Source: a virus
Taxonomy: Duplodnaviria; Caudoviricetes
IMG/VR virus record: IMGVR_UViG_3300034018_002789
Span: 1-61,436 of that record
DNA: 61,436 nucleotides
Direction: 5' to 3' (one strand)
Below, one piece after another: positions 9,399 through 17,519 of the stretch. Each line of letters begins with the position of its first letter. Within the stretch, counting starts at the first letter, position 1. Both the position numbers and the translations under genes were made by a program. Under the pieces are notes generated by a model. That model did no database searches, was not told where the DNA came from, and worked only from the letters and a program-made list of their open reading frames with translations.

Positions 9399-10173
9399 CG
9401 TCGTTATTCCTGTAAAAATGACATTTGTTATTAAAGTCACATCTTCTACAATGGTACCCTACTTTTCCTGTTACAATCTTATCATCATGGCTTTCTATTT
9501 TCATATATGTTTTTTTAAGTAATTCTTTTGTTTGCAAAAGATATGACTCTTCAAAATTTGTACTAACAGCCTTCCTTCCTTCCATGTAAAATAAAACTGC
9601 ATGAATATTTTTTGGTGATATTTTATATTTATCATAGACATGATATGCGTATGTGCTTAATTGCAAATCTGTTTTTATTGTTTTTTTATTTTTTCTCCAA
9701 GCATTATTTTTTGATGTTTTATAATCAATAATTAAAGCAAAGTCATCTTTAATGATTAGCCTATCAATAAATCCTAATATCATTTTTTGATTTGGCTCAT
9801 CTAAATCAAAAAGCATTTTGTATTCTAGTTCTCCTGCAAAACCAAATTTCTTAGCTATCTCGGCAGAAAATAATTTGACACCTACAAGGTGGTCCCAATA
9901 TTTATTCTTATACTCTGGTGTCAAAAGGTACAGCTTTTCACGGTCAGGAAATTCCAATTCCCCAGACAACAATTTTTTGCCTATTTCCAATATGTCTTGC
10001 TCGCCTTTATTTTGTATATAAATTTCTGCGGCACGATGAACTAATTTACCGTAAACAAAATAAACTTGTTCAGGTTGGTCTGGAATTACTTTCAGATGGT
10101 ATTTAAACTTGTACTGTTGGTGGCAAAGGTCGTAACATTGCCCACGGCTCACACTAAGATGTTCGATTAGCAT
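9388..10173 (-). CDS. PD-(D/E)xK Cas4/RecB-like exonuclease
   Basis: HLSVS..CYDLC, GKLVHRAAE, ELEY, GFIDRL, IIDYKTS, QLSTYA and C-terminal CRRCDFNNKC (putative Fe-S ligands). Confidence 0.88.
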   Translation of the reverse strand: MLIEHLSVSRGQCYDLCHQQYKFKYHLKVIPDQPEQVYFVYGKLVHRAAEIYIQNKGEQDILEIGKKLLSGELEFPDREKLYLLTPEYKNKYWDHLVGVKLFSAEIAKKFGFAGELEYKMLFDLDEPNQKMILGFIDRLIIKDDFALIIDYKTSKNNAWRKNKKTIKTDLQLSTYAYHVYDKYKISPKNIHAVLFYMEGRKAVSTNFEESYLLQTKELLKKTYMKIESHDDKIVTGKVGYHCRRCDFNNKCHFYRNNDDAY

Positions 10174-10210
10174 ACAATGAATTATAGGGCTTTGGAGAGG
10201 ACTTATCCAA

Positions 10211-11227
10211 ATGGCAATAGATTTTGACGCATTCAAAAACTGGGCGGAAAATAAGTTTGGAATTAAAAATGTAATTGTAAAAGGAAACGAAGTAAGAATA
10301 AATTCAATATTTGCAGAAGCAGATGAAAAGCATCATTTGTGGTGCAATCCTTCTGGGGGGAAAAATCAAAGAACTTTTGGTGTTTATCATTGTTTTAAAT
10401 CAGATCGAAAAGGAAGTCTTGTATCTCTGGTAATGGATGTAGAAAAGTGTTCAAAGCCTATAGCAATGCAGTTGCTTGGCATTACCAAGTATAAAGGAAG
10501 ACCAATAGAGGAAATGGATTCTGATGATTCAACAGAAGAAGAAGAAAAAGATTTTGATTTAACATTTAAAACAGTTTCTCTTCCACCGTTTACTTTCCCG
10601 GTGAAAAAAGCACCATTAACATGGTATCAAAAAGCAACAAACTATTTAGCTGAAAGAGGATTTTCTAATGATAAATTTCATGTATGCACAAGTGGCAAAT
10701 ATATAAACAGAATTATAATACCATATCATTATAAAAACGGAGAATTGATTTATTTCAATGCAAGATCTATGGGAAATGAAGAGCCCAAATATAGAGGCCC
10801 AGAGAAAGAATGTGGGGTTGGCAAAGAAGATGTTTTGTTTTTTACTAATTTCCCAGAAAAAGAAGAAAAAATTTATTTGTGCGAAGGCGAATTTGATGCG
10901 CTTTCATTAAATATTGCAGGATTCAATGCGGTTGCATGTGGTGGTAAAAATTTAGGAGAAAAGCAAGCACTAATGCTTGCCTACTACAAAGTTTGTTTGG
11001 CATTAGATAGAGATGAAGCTGGTCAAAGCGCTATTAAAAAAATGGTAAACATGCTTTTTTCATGTGGTTATACAGACCCAGAAAGTCGCATTTCAATAGT
11101 TTTGCCGCCACAAGATTTCAAAGATTGGAATGCTCTTTACAAACAACATGGATTAAGAATTGTAAAAGAATTTGTTAATTCGAAAGAAAAACCTTTTATT
11201 TTAGGAGAAGAATATGTTATCAACTAA
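10211..11227 (+). CDS. DNA primase (phage DnaG/gp61-like)
   Basis: N-terminal degenerate zinc-ribbon region (YHCF), YLAERG, RIIIP, FNARS, PKY, TOPRIM LCEGEFDAL and LALDRDEAG, KDWN. Confidence 0.92.
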   Translation: MAIDFDAFKNWAENKFGIKNVIVKGNEVRINSIFAEADEKHHLWCNPSGGKNQRTFGVYHCFKSDRKGSLVSLVMDVEKCSKPIAMQLLGITKYKGRPIEEMDSDDSTEEEEKDFDLTFKTVSLPPFTFPVKKAPLTWYQKATNYLAERGFSNDKFHVCTSGKYINRIIIPYHYKNGELIYFNARSMGNEEPKYRGPEKECGVGKEDVLFFTNFPEKEEKIYLCEGEFDALSLNIAGFNAVACGGKNLGEKQALMLAYYKVCLALDRDEAGQSAIKKMVNMLFSCGYTDPESRISIVLPPQDFKDWNALYKQHGLRIVKEFVNSKEKPFILGEEYVIN

Positions 11228-11468
11228 TACGAAAAGAAATTTAAAGTATTTTGAAAATAAAATTGTAACTTTTTTTACAAATCGTATTAATAGAGACTTT
11301 GATGAAGAAACTATAATAAATTATTTTGTTGGCAAAATATTAAAAATAGATGATGATGGAATATGGTATGAGCATGTGGCAAACAAGTGCCAGAATTTTA
11401 TATTTTACAATGCAATAATAAGCATTGCAGAGGAGATGGTTAAAGAAGAATCAAATTCTGGAATTTGA
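11214..11468 (+). CDS. Hypothetical protein (small beta-barrel-like)
   Basis: 84-aa ORF overlapping the primase stop. Confidence 0.65.
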   Translation: MLSTNTKRNLKYFENKIVTFFTNRINRDFDEETIINYFVGKILKIDDDGIWYEHVANKCQNFIFYNAIISIAEEMVKEESNSGI

Positions 11469-11630
11469 TCTTAGTTTTTCCAAACACTCGATGATTCTTT
11501 CATATAAAGTAGAATCAGAATCGAATTTAACTTTTTTGTTAAATTCTTCTAAACTAGTTAAAGATTTTTTTTGCGGTTTGTAAACAATGCTATCAAGAGC
11601 ATCTAAATCTTCTAAAATATTATTTTCCAT
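11451..11630 (-). CDS. Small hypothetical protein (59 aa, not in the ORF track)
   Basis: Translated by hand: MENNILEDLDALDSIVYKPQKKSLTSLEEF...LEKLRSNSRI*. Exact TATAAATA 5 nt upstream; fills the gap between neighbours. Confidence 0.6.
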   Translation of the reverse strand: MENNILEDLDALDSIVYKPQKKSLTSLEEFNKKVKFDSDSTLYERIIECLEKLRSNSRI

Positions 11631-11644
11631 ATTATTATTTATAA

Positions 11645-12088
11645 TTAAATAATTTTTTTCAAAGACATAAGTTTACTATCAAAATCGTGAAAAGCCGAAG
11701 CTGTATATTGAAGGTTCATATCATCAAATTGATTTTCTTCTTCTGGAGTATGAATATCAAAGTAAAAAGATCTGCCTTTCTTGCCAAGAAGTTTAAATTT
11801 ATGCATAAGCAAAAAAGCTGCTGCGCCCAAGTCGGTAATAAATTTATTAGAATCTATAGGAAATGGATATTCTTCTAACTTTTTTAATCCCATTAAGCAG
11901 TGATCAAAGTAATGAAACTCACTAAACAGATATGATGTTTTTAAATCTTCAAATTCTTTTAATTTTTCTTTTGCTATTTTAAATATAAAAGTTTTATCTT
12001 TTCTTCCAGCTAATTGATAATGATTCATCAACACATATGCTGCTATTCCCAGATCTTGTACAGGCTTTGAAACTATTTCTTTTGACAT
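11645..12088 (-). CDS. Tandem two-domain protein, DUF5659-like
   Basis: Internal duplication: QDLGIAAYVLMNHYQLAGRKDKTFIF...FHYFDHCLMGLKK versus TDLGAAAFLLMHKFKLLGKKGRSFYF...FHDFDSKLMSLKK. Confidence 0.7.
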   Translation of the reverse strand: MSKEIVSKPVQDLGIAAYVLMNHYQLAGRKDKTFIFKIAKEKLKEFEDLKTSYLFSEFHYFDHCLMGLKKLEEYPFPIDSNKFITDLGAAAFLLMHKFKLLGKKGRSFYFDIHTPEEENQFDDMNLQYTASAFHDFDSKLMSLKKII

Positions 12089-12110
12089 TTTTGAACCTTT
12101 TTAATATAAA

Positions 12111-13115
12111 TTAATTCGCTGCTTCGGCTGCTATCAAACAGCCTCTTGCAACAGAATATAATGGATCGCTTGGCCTAATAACCTTTCCAACAGGTATTGT
12201 TAATTCTGCCTGTTTTATTGTTTCTGCAAATAATTCATCAAATCCTTTTGCACTTGCTGTGCCTCCAGCAACAATAAAATCTACAGGGACATCAGATTTT
12301 ACAGCTTTTGAAGATGAACTAAGGCCTTGCTTAATACCATTAACCGTCTTTTCTATCATTAATCTGTATTGAGTGATAATAGCTCTTTCTACAAGATTTG
12401 CTGGCTGATTTCTAAGGTCAACTTTTGTTTTTTCTTTATTAATAAAAGTTATGCTTTCGCCAGTTGCTTTGGCTGCCTGCTTATCAATCCAGTCGCCGCT
12501 ATTTACAATTGCAAACTGAAATATTGGATTGCCATACATCGCATAACAAACATTTACCATGCCTGCGCCACAGGAAATTCCAACTCCCGTAAAAGCATTT
12601 TTAGCTAATTCTGCATATACCAAAGCCAAAGCTTCATTTATAGGCTTGGCATCTACTTTCCACCCTTCATCTGATTCATAGCTTTTAAAAATGGCTTCCA
12701 AAACTTTTGTATGGTAGTCTGCATCTGTTTCTTGATTAATTGCATTTGCAGGAACACAGTAATATAGTTTTTCGCCATCTTTTGAAATTGGGTCAACAAG
12801 ACTATGTGCCATAATTGACATGATTTGAAAAGCATCTTTTTCTTTTGGGTTTACACAACCATCTTTCATAGGTCTTTTTAATTCAAGAGTTGGAAGAGTG
12901 TATGCCATGTTTACAGCAGACTCGCCCAAAGCATAAGCAACCTTTTCTCTTTCAATAAGAGGAACTCCAGCTTGCTTCATCATGTTAAAAACAAACCTGT
13001 TTTCAAGTGGCAAATCTAAAAAAGCATTAATCTCTCTTTTAAAAGCAATATTACCATCAATATTTCTCTTTGAAGAAACCAAATTGTAAGTTCCGAAATC
13101 AAAGCCGATTGACAT
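12111..13115 (-). CDS. Actin-like ATPase (MreB/MamK/ParM superfamily)
   Basis: Phosphate-1 IGFDFGT, connect-1 INEALA, phosphate-2 ISCGAGMVN, adenosine VAGGTA, connect-2 VARGCLIAA; AGGAG RBS. Confidence 0.88.
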   Translation of the reverse strand: MSIGFDFGTYNLVSSKRNIDGNIAFKREINAFLDLPLENRFVFNMMKQAGVPLIEREKVAYALGESAVNMAYTLPTLELKRPMKDGCVNPKEKDAFQIMSIMAHSLVDPISKDGEKLYYCVPANAINQETDADYHTKVLEAIFKSYESDEGWKVDAKPINEALALVYAELAKNAFTGVGISCGAGMVNVCYAMYGNPIFQFAIVNSGDWIDKQAAKATGESITFINKEKTKVDLRNQPANLVERAIITQYRLMIEKTVNGIKQGLSSSSKAVKSDVPVDFIVAGGTASAKGFDELFAETIKQAELTIPVGKVIRPSDPLYSVARGCLIAAEAAN

Positions 13116-13129
13116 TTTTATCTCCTGTA

Positions 13130-13345
13130 TTACTTTCCAAAATTTAACTTTTCAGATTTATTAAAGTCAGGTATAGCCCATTCAAAATCTTCATCTTTGC
13201 TATTTCCAGATACGCTATTATTAGTATTAGTAAAACCTACCCCATTTTGATTTAAATTAATATTTAAATCAATTTGTAGAGAAATCGTAACCTCTCCATC
13301 TTTGGTGATAATTTTAACACTGTTTGGCTTTATTAAATTAGGCAT
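13130..13345 (-). CDS. Small hypothetical protein
   Basis: 71-aa ORF co-oriented directly upstream of the actin-like gene. Confidence 0.65.
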   Translation of the reverse strand: MPNLIKPNSVKIITKDGEVTISLQIDLNINLNQNGVGFTNTNNSVSGNSKDEDFEWAIPDFNKSEKLNFGK

Positions 13346-13369
13346 TTTGTTACCGTGTAATTAGTATAG

Positions 13370-14290
13370 TTATATATTTAAATTTAGTAGTTTTTGCCAT
13401 GATTTTTTAATTTGCTCTGATGAAATATTTATTCTGCATGGTTTTACTACGTCGTTTGATTTTTGGCAAGAAGTATATAGATAACACGGCCCACAATCAA
13501 GATTTTCTTCTTGAACAGGAATTATAGATTTGTAATATTTACAAATTACATTTCCACTAGTATAACAAAATAATCCCATAGTAGGTTTATTATATCCGCC
13601 GCTACAGTGAAGATGTCCTGTGTCTGTTGAAATAACATAATTTGAAAATTTAGTTAAAGCCATGCTTTTTTTTAAAGAATAATTTGAAATACATGGTACT
13701 TTAATTTGTTTTAAATATTCACATTGTTTGTTATGCAAGGCTATTAGAAAAAAGTTTTTAGTTAAATCTTTTATTGTTAAGATTTGTTGATGTGTTAAAT
13801 TTTTTGCTTGTATAGCTGAATATGGACAAAATAAAACTATTTTTTTATTTTCATCCCATCCAAAATTAACAAGATCTTGTTTTATTTCTTCGAAATATTT
13901 GTTGTAAATTGGCATGTACATAAATGCATTTTTTAATTCAAATCCTATATGATTTGCCCAAATTTCTGCTCTGTTTTTTTTGTTATTTATTTTGTGTTTC
14001 CACTCATATTTTGTACAAGCTGTTGTTAAATCAAAAACATATTTGTAATTACTTTTATTATAATCTTGCAAAGATATTACTTTGCTTACAAAAGGATGTG
14101 ATGCTGCAGCATCTAAAAATGAATAAGGCAAGCACCAATCTATAGAATAATCTTTATATAAATTTTTTAAATCTTCAAATATTAATCTCATATTAAGAAC
14201 ATCGCCATATCCGCCACATCCACGATATACACAAATGGATTTGCTATTTGGATTAGTGTTTTTTATGCCTAATAATTTTAATCTTGCCAC
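13370..14290 (-). CDS. Glycosyltransferase family 9 (heptosyltransferase-like, GT-B)
   Basis: GGYGDVL, HPFV, FCPYSA...K, VISTDTGHLHCSGG.NKPT.GLF and a C-terminal CGPC..C..C cluster. Confidence 0.85.
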   Translation of the reverse strand: MARLKLLGIKNTNPNSKSICVYRGCGGYGDVLNMRLIFEDLKNLYKDYSIDWCLPYSFLDAAASHPFVSKVISLQDYNKSNYKYVFDLTTACTKYEWKHKINNKKNRAEIWANHIGFELKNAFMYMPIYNKYFEEIKQDLVNFGWDENKKIVLFCPYSAIQAKNLTHQQILTIKDLTKNFFLIALHNKQCEYLKQIKVPCISNYSLKKSMALTKFSNYVISTDTGHLHCSGGYNKPTMGLFCYTSGNVICKYYKSIIPVQEENLDCGPCYLYTSCQKSNDVVKPCRINISSEQIKKSWQKLLNLNI

Positions 14291-14303
14291 ATTTAATTAT
14301 ACG

Positions 14304-14335
14304 AAAAAGGGCAGAGGCTTTCGCTCCTGCCCTTT
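14304..14335 (-). terminator. Rho-independent terminator
   Basis: Minus strand AAAGGGCAGGAGC-GAAA-GCCTCTGCCCTTTTT, just downstream of 14356..14931. Confidence 0.8.
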
Positions 14336-14355
14336 AATTTTTGTAGTTAATTTTT

Positions 14356-14931
14356 TCAACTGTTACAAGCTGATTGAACGCTTGCGATTACTTGATATGT
14401 AGTTCCTGATGCGCTTGAGAAAACTAAAGCACCAATAAGGAAATCTCCTTGATTGAATACTTGTGTATCTCCTGCAGCTAGTGGGAATGTAGCCGTAGTA
14501 GCTCCATTTATAGAAACATTCATAGAATTTGCACCAGTATTGGTTATCTGTGCAAATACAGCATATCCACCGTCAGTTAGGGTGTAATCAACAGTTGCGG
14601 TTCCGCCAGCACCAATTGTTCCTGTGCTTACTAAAGGATAAGTGTTGGGGCCATTTGCAGTCCAAGGAATACCATCGTCAGAAACAACAACAATGAAAGC
14701 TTGATCTTCAGGAAGATTTGGATAAGCAAATTTCTTCCAGTAGTTACAATCGGTGAATGTATCACCATCGCTTAATTGTCGAACTCCACCATTTGGCCCA
14801 GAAACATAAATTGTTCTTTGAATAGATGGGTCAGATGGTATATTGTAATAATTAAACTGCCTTCCAGTTGATGGGTTAACATCCATCAATCCTTGTTTTT
14901 CATTATTTACTACAACTCTAAATGTGCTCAT
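14356..14931 (-). CDS. Hypothetical protein, probably an abundant virion protein
   Basis: AAGGAG RBS, upstream TAAATA (14964-14969), its own terminator; rich in G/T/A/S. Confidence 0.75.
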   Translation of the reverse strand: MSTFRVVVNNEKQGLMDVNPSTGRQFNYYNIPSDPSIQRTIYVSGPNGGVRQLSDGDTFTDCNYWKKFAYPNLPEDQAFIVVVSDDGIPWTANGPNTYPLVSTGTIGAGGTATVDYTLTDGGYAVFAQITNTGANSMNVSINGATTATFPLAAGDTQVFNQGDFLIGALVFSSASGTTYQVIASVQSACNS

Positions 14932-15042
14932 GTTTTGCTCCTTATTGAAGGCTATACCATATATATTTATTAGCTTAATTATTTATAAACAGACGTTTGG
15001 TTTTATTTTGTTCTTTTGTTAATTTTATTCCATAAATACAAT

Positions 15043-15180
15043 ATGGAAAAAATAAACGAAGAACAAATAACAAAAGAATCTCTAGAAGCATTTTCAATAT
15101 TATCTAGTTCTCTTGGAGAAGACTGCATACATAAAGAAATATTATTAGAAGAACTAATAAAACTATTACTTGGGAGATGA
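15043..15180 (+). CDS. Small hypothetical protein (45 aa, not in the ORF track)
   Basis: MEKINEEQITKESLEAFSILSSSLGEDCIHKEILLEELIKLLLGR*; TAAATA 4 nt upstream; stop abuts the next ATG. Confidence 0.55.
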   Translation: MEKINEEQITKESLEAFSILSSSLGEDCIHKEILLEELIKLLLGR

Positions 15181-15181
15181 A

Positions 15182-15532
15182 ATGCAATATTTATGTTTAG
15201 GCAACAGAGATAAAAAACAAATAGAAGTAATAGGAATTTCTGAATGTGAAGAATCGAAATCAAATTACAAAAGAAATATTCCATTGATTTCACTAAATCT
15301 TACGGAATATGAATTTTATAAAATAAAATTAATTAGTGAAAAAGATATTATGAATAAAGAGCTACTTGTTATTCAAGCAGAATCTTTTTTAGATGCTAGA
15401 AAAATTATGTTTGAAAATAATTACAAAAATATTCCCTCCCATTCTTCTACGACAGCAATAAAAATAAACAACAAATTTGTCCATTTAGAAAACCAAGAAA
15501 AAAATAGCATGATCCAACAAAAAAATTCTTGA
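15182..15532 (+). CDS. Hypothetical protein
   Basis: ATG at 15182 after GGAG. Confidence 0.6.
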   Translation: MQYLCLGNRDKKQIEVIGISECEESKSNYKRNIPLISLNLTEYEFYKIKLISEKDIMNKELLVIQAESFLDARKIMFENNYKNIPSHSSTTAIKINNKFVHLENQEKNSMIQQKNS

Positions 15533-15587
15533 TTCAAAAAAATTCTAGTATACATTGAGAAAGGAAATCTAACCAAGGAGGCTTGCC

Positions 15588-16289
15588 ATGTCTTTTGTGA
15601 CTCGTATTTGGGTTTATGCGGCTTGTTTAGCCACTATTTTTATCACTTCTGCAGCAATGAACATCTTTTTTTATAGAGAAGTTCAAAACCTCAAAATGCT
15701 TAAGGATGTTTCTTCTGAAAGATCTAGAATTAACGATGATGAATTCAGGGATATATTCTTTTCTTACATAAAACAACAATCTGAAAATAATTTGGAATTG
15801 GCAAGAGGACAAGGTAGACAAGAAGCCTTGACAACAATCGCAGCAAATCTTCCCGTACAGGAATCTGATACTTCTGCAATTTTCCACGCCGGATATCAAT
15901 CTGGATACAGCACAAGCCTTCAATTAATTGATAGTATATTAGAAAACGTTGGCGATAAGATTGGAGAAAAATTTAAAGCTAGTGTGACAAATAATGATGT
16001 TAATCTTTCCGATTATTGGAAACAACAAACAAAATTTATCAAAGCTTCAATTGAAGCTCAAAAGAATGTCACCCCAACAAAAACTAGTGCAAGCAATGGA
16101 ACTTGGGGAAACAATTTGATAAACAAGGTGCGAATACAAGAAATCAATGATGCTATTGAAGAAGCAAGAACACAAGGCGAAATAGATGGATATCACAAGG
16201 CTACAGAAGATGGAGTCTGCCAATATAAAGAATCCACAAAAACAGCAATTAAAAAAGATATAAAAGAAGTTACAAATAATAAAAAATAA
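15588..16289 (+). CDS. Membrane-anchored hypothetical protein
   Basis: N-terminal hydrophobic helix (IWVYAACLATIFITSAAMNIFFY), AAGGAGG RBS, possible sigma70-type TTGATT at 15529, downstream terminator. Confidence 0.75.
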   Translation: MSFVTRIWVYAACLATIFITSAAMNIFFYREVQNLKMLKDVSSERSRINDDEFRDIFFSYIKQQSENNLELARGQGRQEALTTIAANLPVQESDTSAIFHAGYQSGYSTSLQLIDSILENVGDKIGEKFKASVTNNDVNLSDYWKQQTKFIKASIEAQKNVTPTKTSASNGTWGNNLINKVRIQEINDAIEEARTQGEIDGYHKATEDGVCQYKESTKTAIKKDIKEVTNNKK

Positions 16290-16305
16290 TATTTAATTAA
16301 ATTGT

Positions 16306-16337
16306 AAAGAGGCGGGTTGGTCCCGCCTCTTTTTTTT
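16306..16337 (+). terminator. Rho-independent terminator (probably bidirectional)
   Basis: AAAGAGGCGGG-TTGGT-CCCGCCTC followed by a T run, between convergent genes. Confidence 0.85.
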
Positions 16338-16630
16338 CAATCTAACAAATTTTTCCCAATATAAAACTTGCCTTTATTTGTTTGTATCAAACAAATATTT
16401 TCAACAATCTCTTTTACACGACCGCCATGTTTCATAAAAAACTTAATAATTTCTTTTACGCTGTGGTCTTGAATTGGACAATCTGCGTTTTCAAAAACAG
16501 TTTTGTAGTCAGAGTTTGGTCTTACAAAAGAATTTACTGTTATTAAATTATTATCATGCTCTGAGTTGACCCACTTCTTAAAGTCTCTCAGAAAATCATT
16601 TTGAATATCTTTGAACCCATTATCCTTCAT
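16337..16630 (-). CDS. Hypothetical protein
   Basis: 97-aa ORF, last gene of the minus-strand virion operon. Confidence 0.65.
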   Translation of the reverse strand: MKDNGFKDIQNDFLRDFKKWVNSEHDNNLITVNSFVRPNSDYKTVFENADCPIQDHSVKEIIKFFMKHGGRVKEIVENICLIQTNKGKFYIGKNLLD

Positions 16631-17519
16631 AATTTACCGCTTCTATAAAATCATTTACTTTTAAATATTTAGCAAATGAAAACGAATTTTTCAAACCTGT
16701 GTAAAATATTTTTGTATTTGGATTAGAATATCTATACCAAAAAATCATGTGATTAATAATATCATTTGCCATTTTTTGTTGTGGATACATACACACACCT
16801 TCACCAGTATCTACCATGCCATCTTTTTTATCTGAATAACCTTCTGAACAAAATGCGAGAAATATACGTTCTGCCTTAAATTTATAAGCACAATGAAGTG
16901 CAGCACAAATAGGATTCCTATAATCATCAATAAAAAATGTTTCGTCAATAGAATTTGGACTACTGAATTTATAATTCGGAGTAGGAGAATAAACAAATTT
17001 ATTGTTTCTGTAGCTTTTCAAAAAATTGTAATCCATTCTTTGGCTACATATTAACCTAGGATAAAAATTCATCCCAGTAGGTTTAGTAAAAGAGTTTGTT
17101 AAATAAAAATTTGGATATTTATTTGCATTCCATAATAAAATTGTTTTATTAACACAAAAAACTTGTTTTTTATCAAATGTATCAATAGATTCAATAATGT
17201 TTTTGTGATTTTCTCTGAATTCAAAACCATTTGAAATTATTACTACAGAATCTATTTCAAAATTTTCTGTAGATATATTTGGAACAATTAGTTTTGAATT
17301 TTTAATTTCATTTTCTATGCATGTTTGTATTTCTTCGTCTGCATATAGATCATTTATATCTATTGGTTTTGTATCATCTCTTGTGAAATTCCTTACCCAA
17401 ATATTGTTTGTTAAAGAATATTGGTTCCTATCTTTTGTAATTTTTATAGAAACATTTTCTTTTTGATTATTTGAATTTGTTACAGATATTACTCGGAGAT
17501 CATTATTTTTTGTTTCCAT
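16620..17519 (-). CDS. Rossmann-like protein, possibly Maf/MptE/sialyltransferase-like (degenerate)
   Basis: VVIISNG, VFCVN, P.FYL and [20 protein letters not shown] spacing resembles DUF115/Maf-type transferases. The family call is tentative. Confidence 0.5.
   Translation of the reverse strand: METKNNDLRVISVTNSNNQKENVSIKITKDRNQYSLTNNIWVRNFTRDDTKPIDINDLYADEEIQTCIENEIKNSKLIVPNISTENFEIDSVVIISNGFEFRENHKNIIESIDTFDKKQVFCVNKTILLWNANKYPNFYLTNSFTKPTGMNFYPRLICSQRMDYNFLKSYRNNKFVYSPTPNYKFSSPNSIDETFFIDDYRNPICAALHCAYKFKAERIFLAFCSEGYSDKKDGMVDTGEGVCMYPQQKMANDIINHMIFWYRYSNPNTKIFYTGLKNSFSFAKYLKVNDFIEAVNYEG

Noticed and set aside
9388-10173. CRISPR-Cas locus suggested by the Cas4-like gene and repeats
   Set aside because: No repeat-spacer array and no other cas genes. 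All tandem repeats are coding and lack unique spacers.
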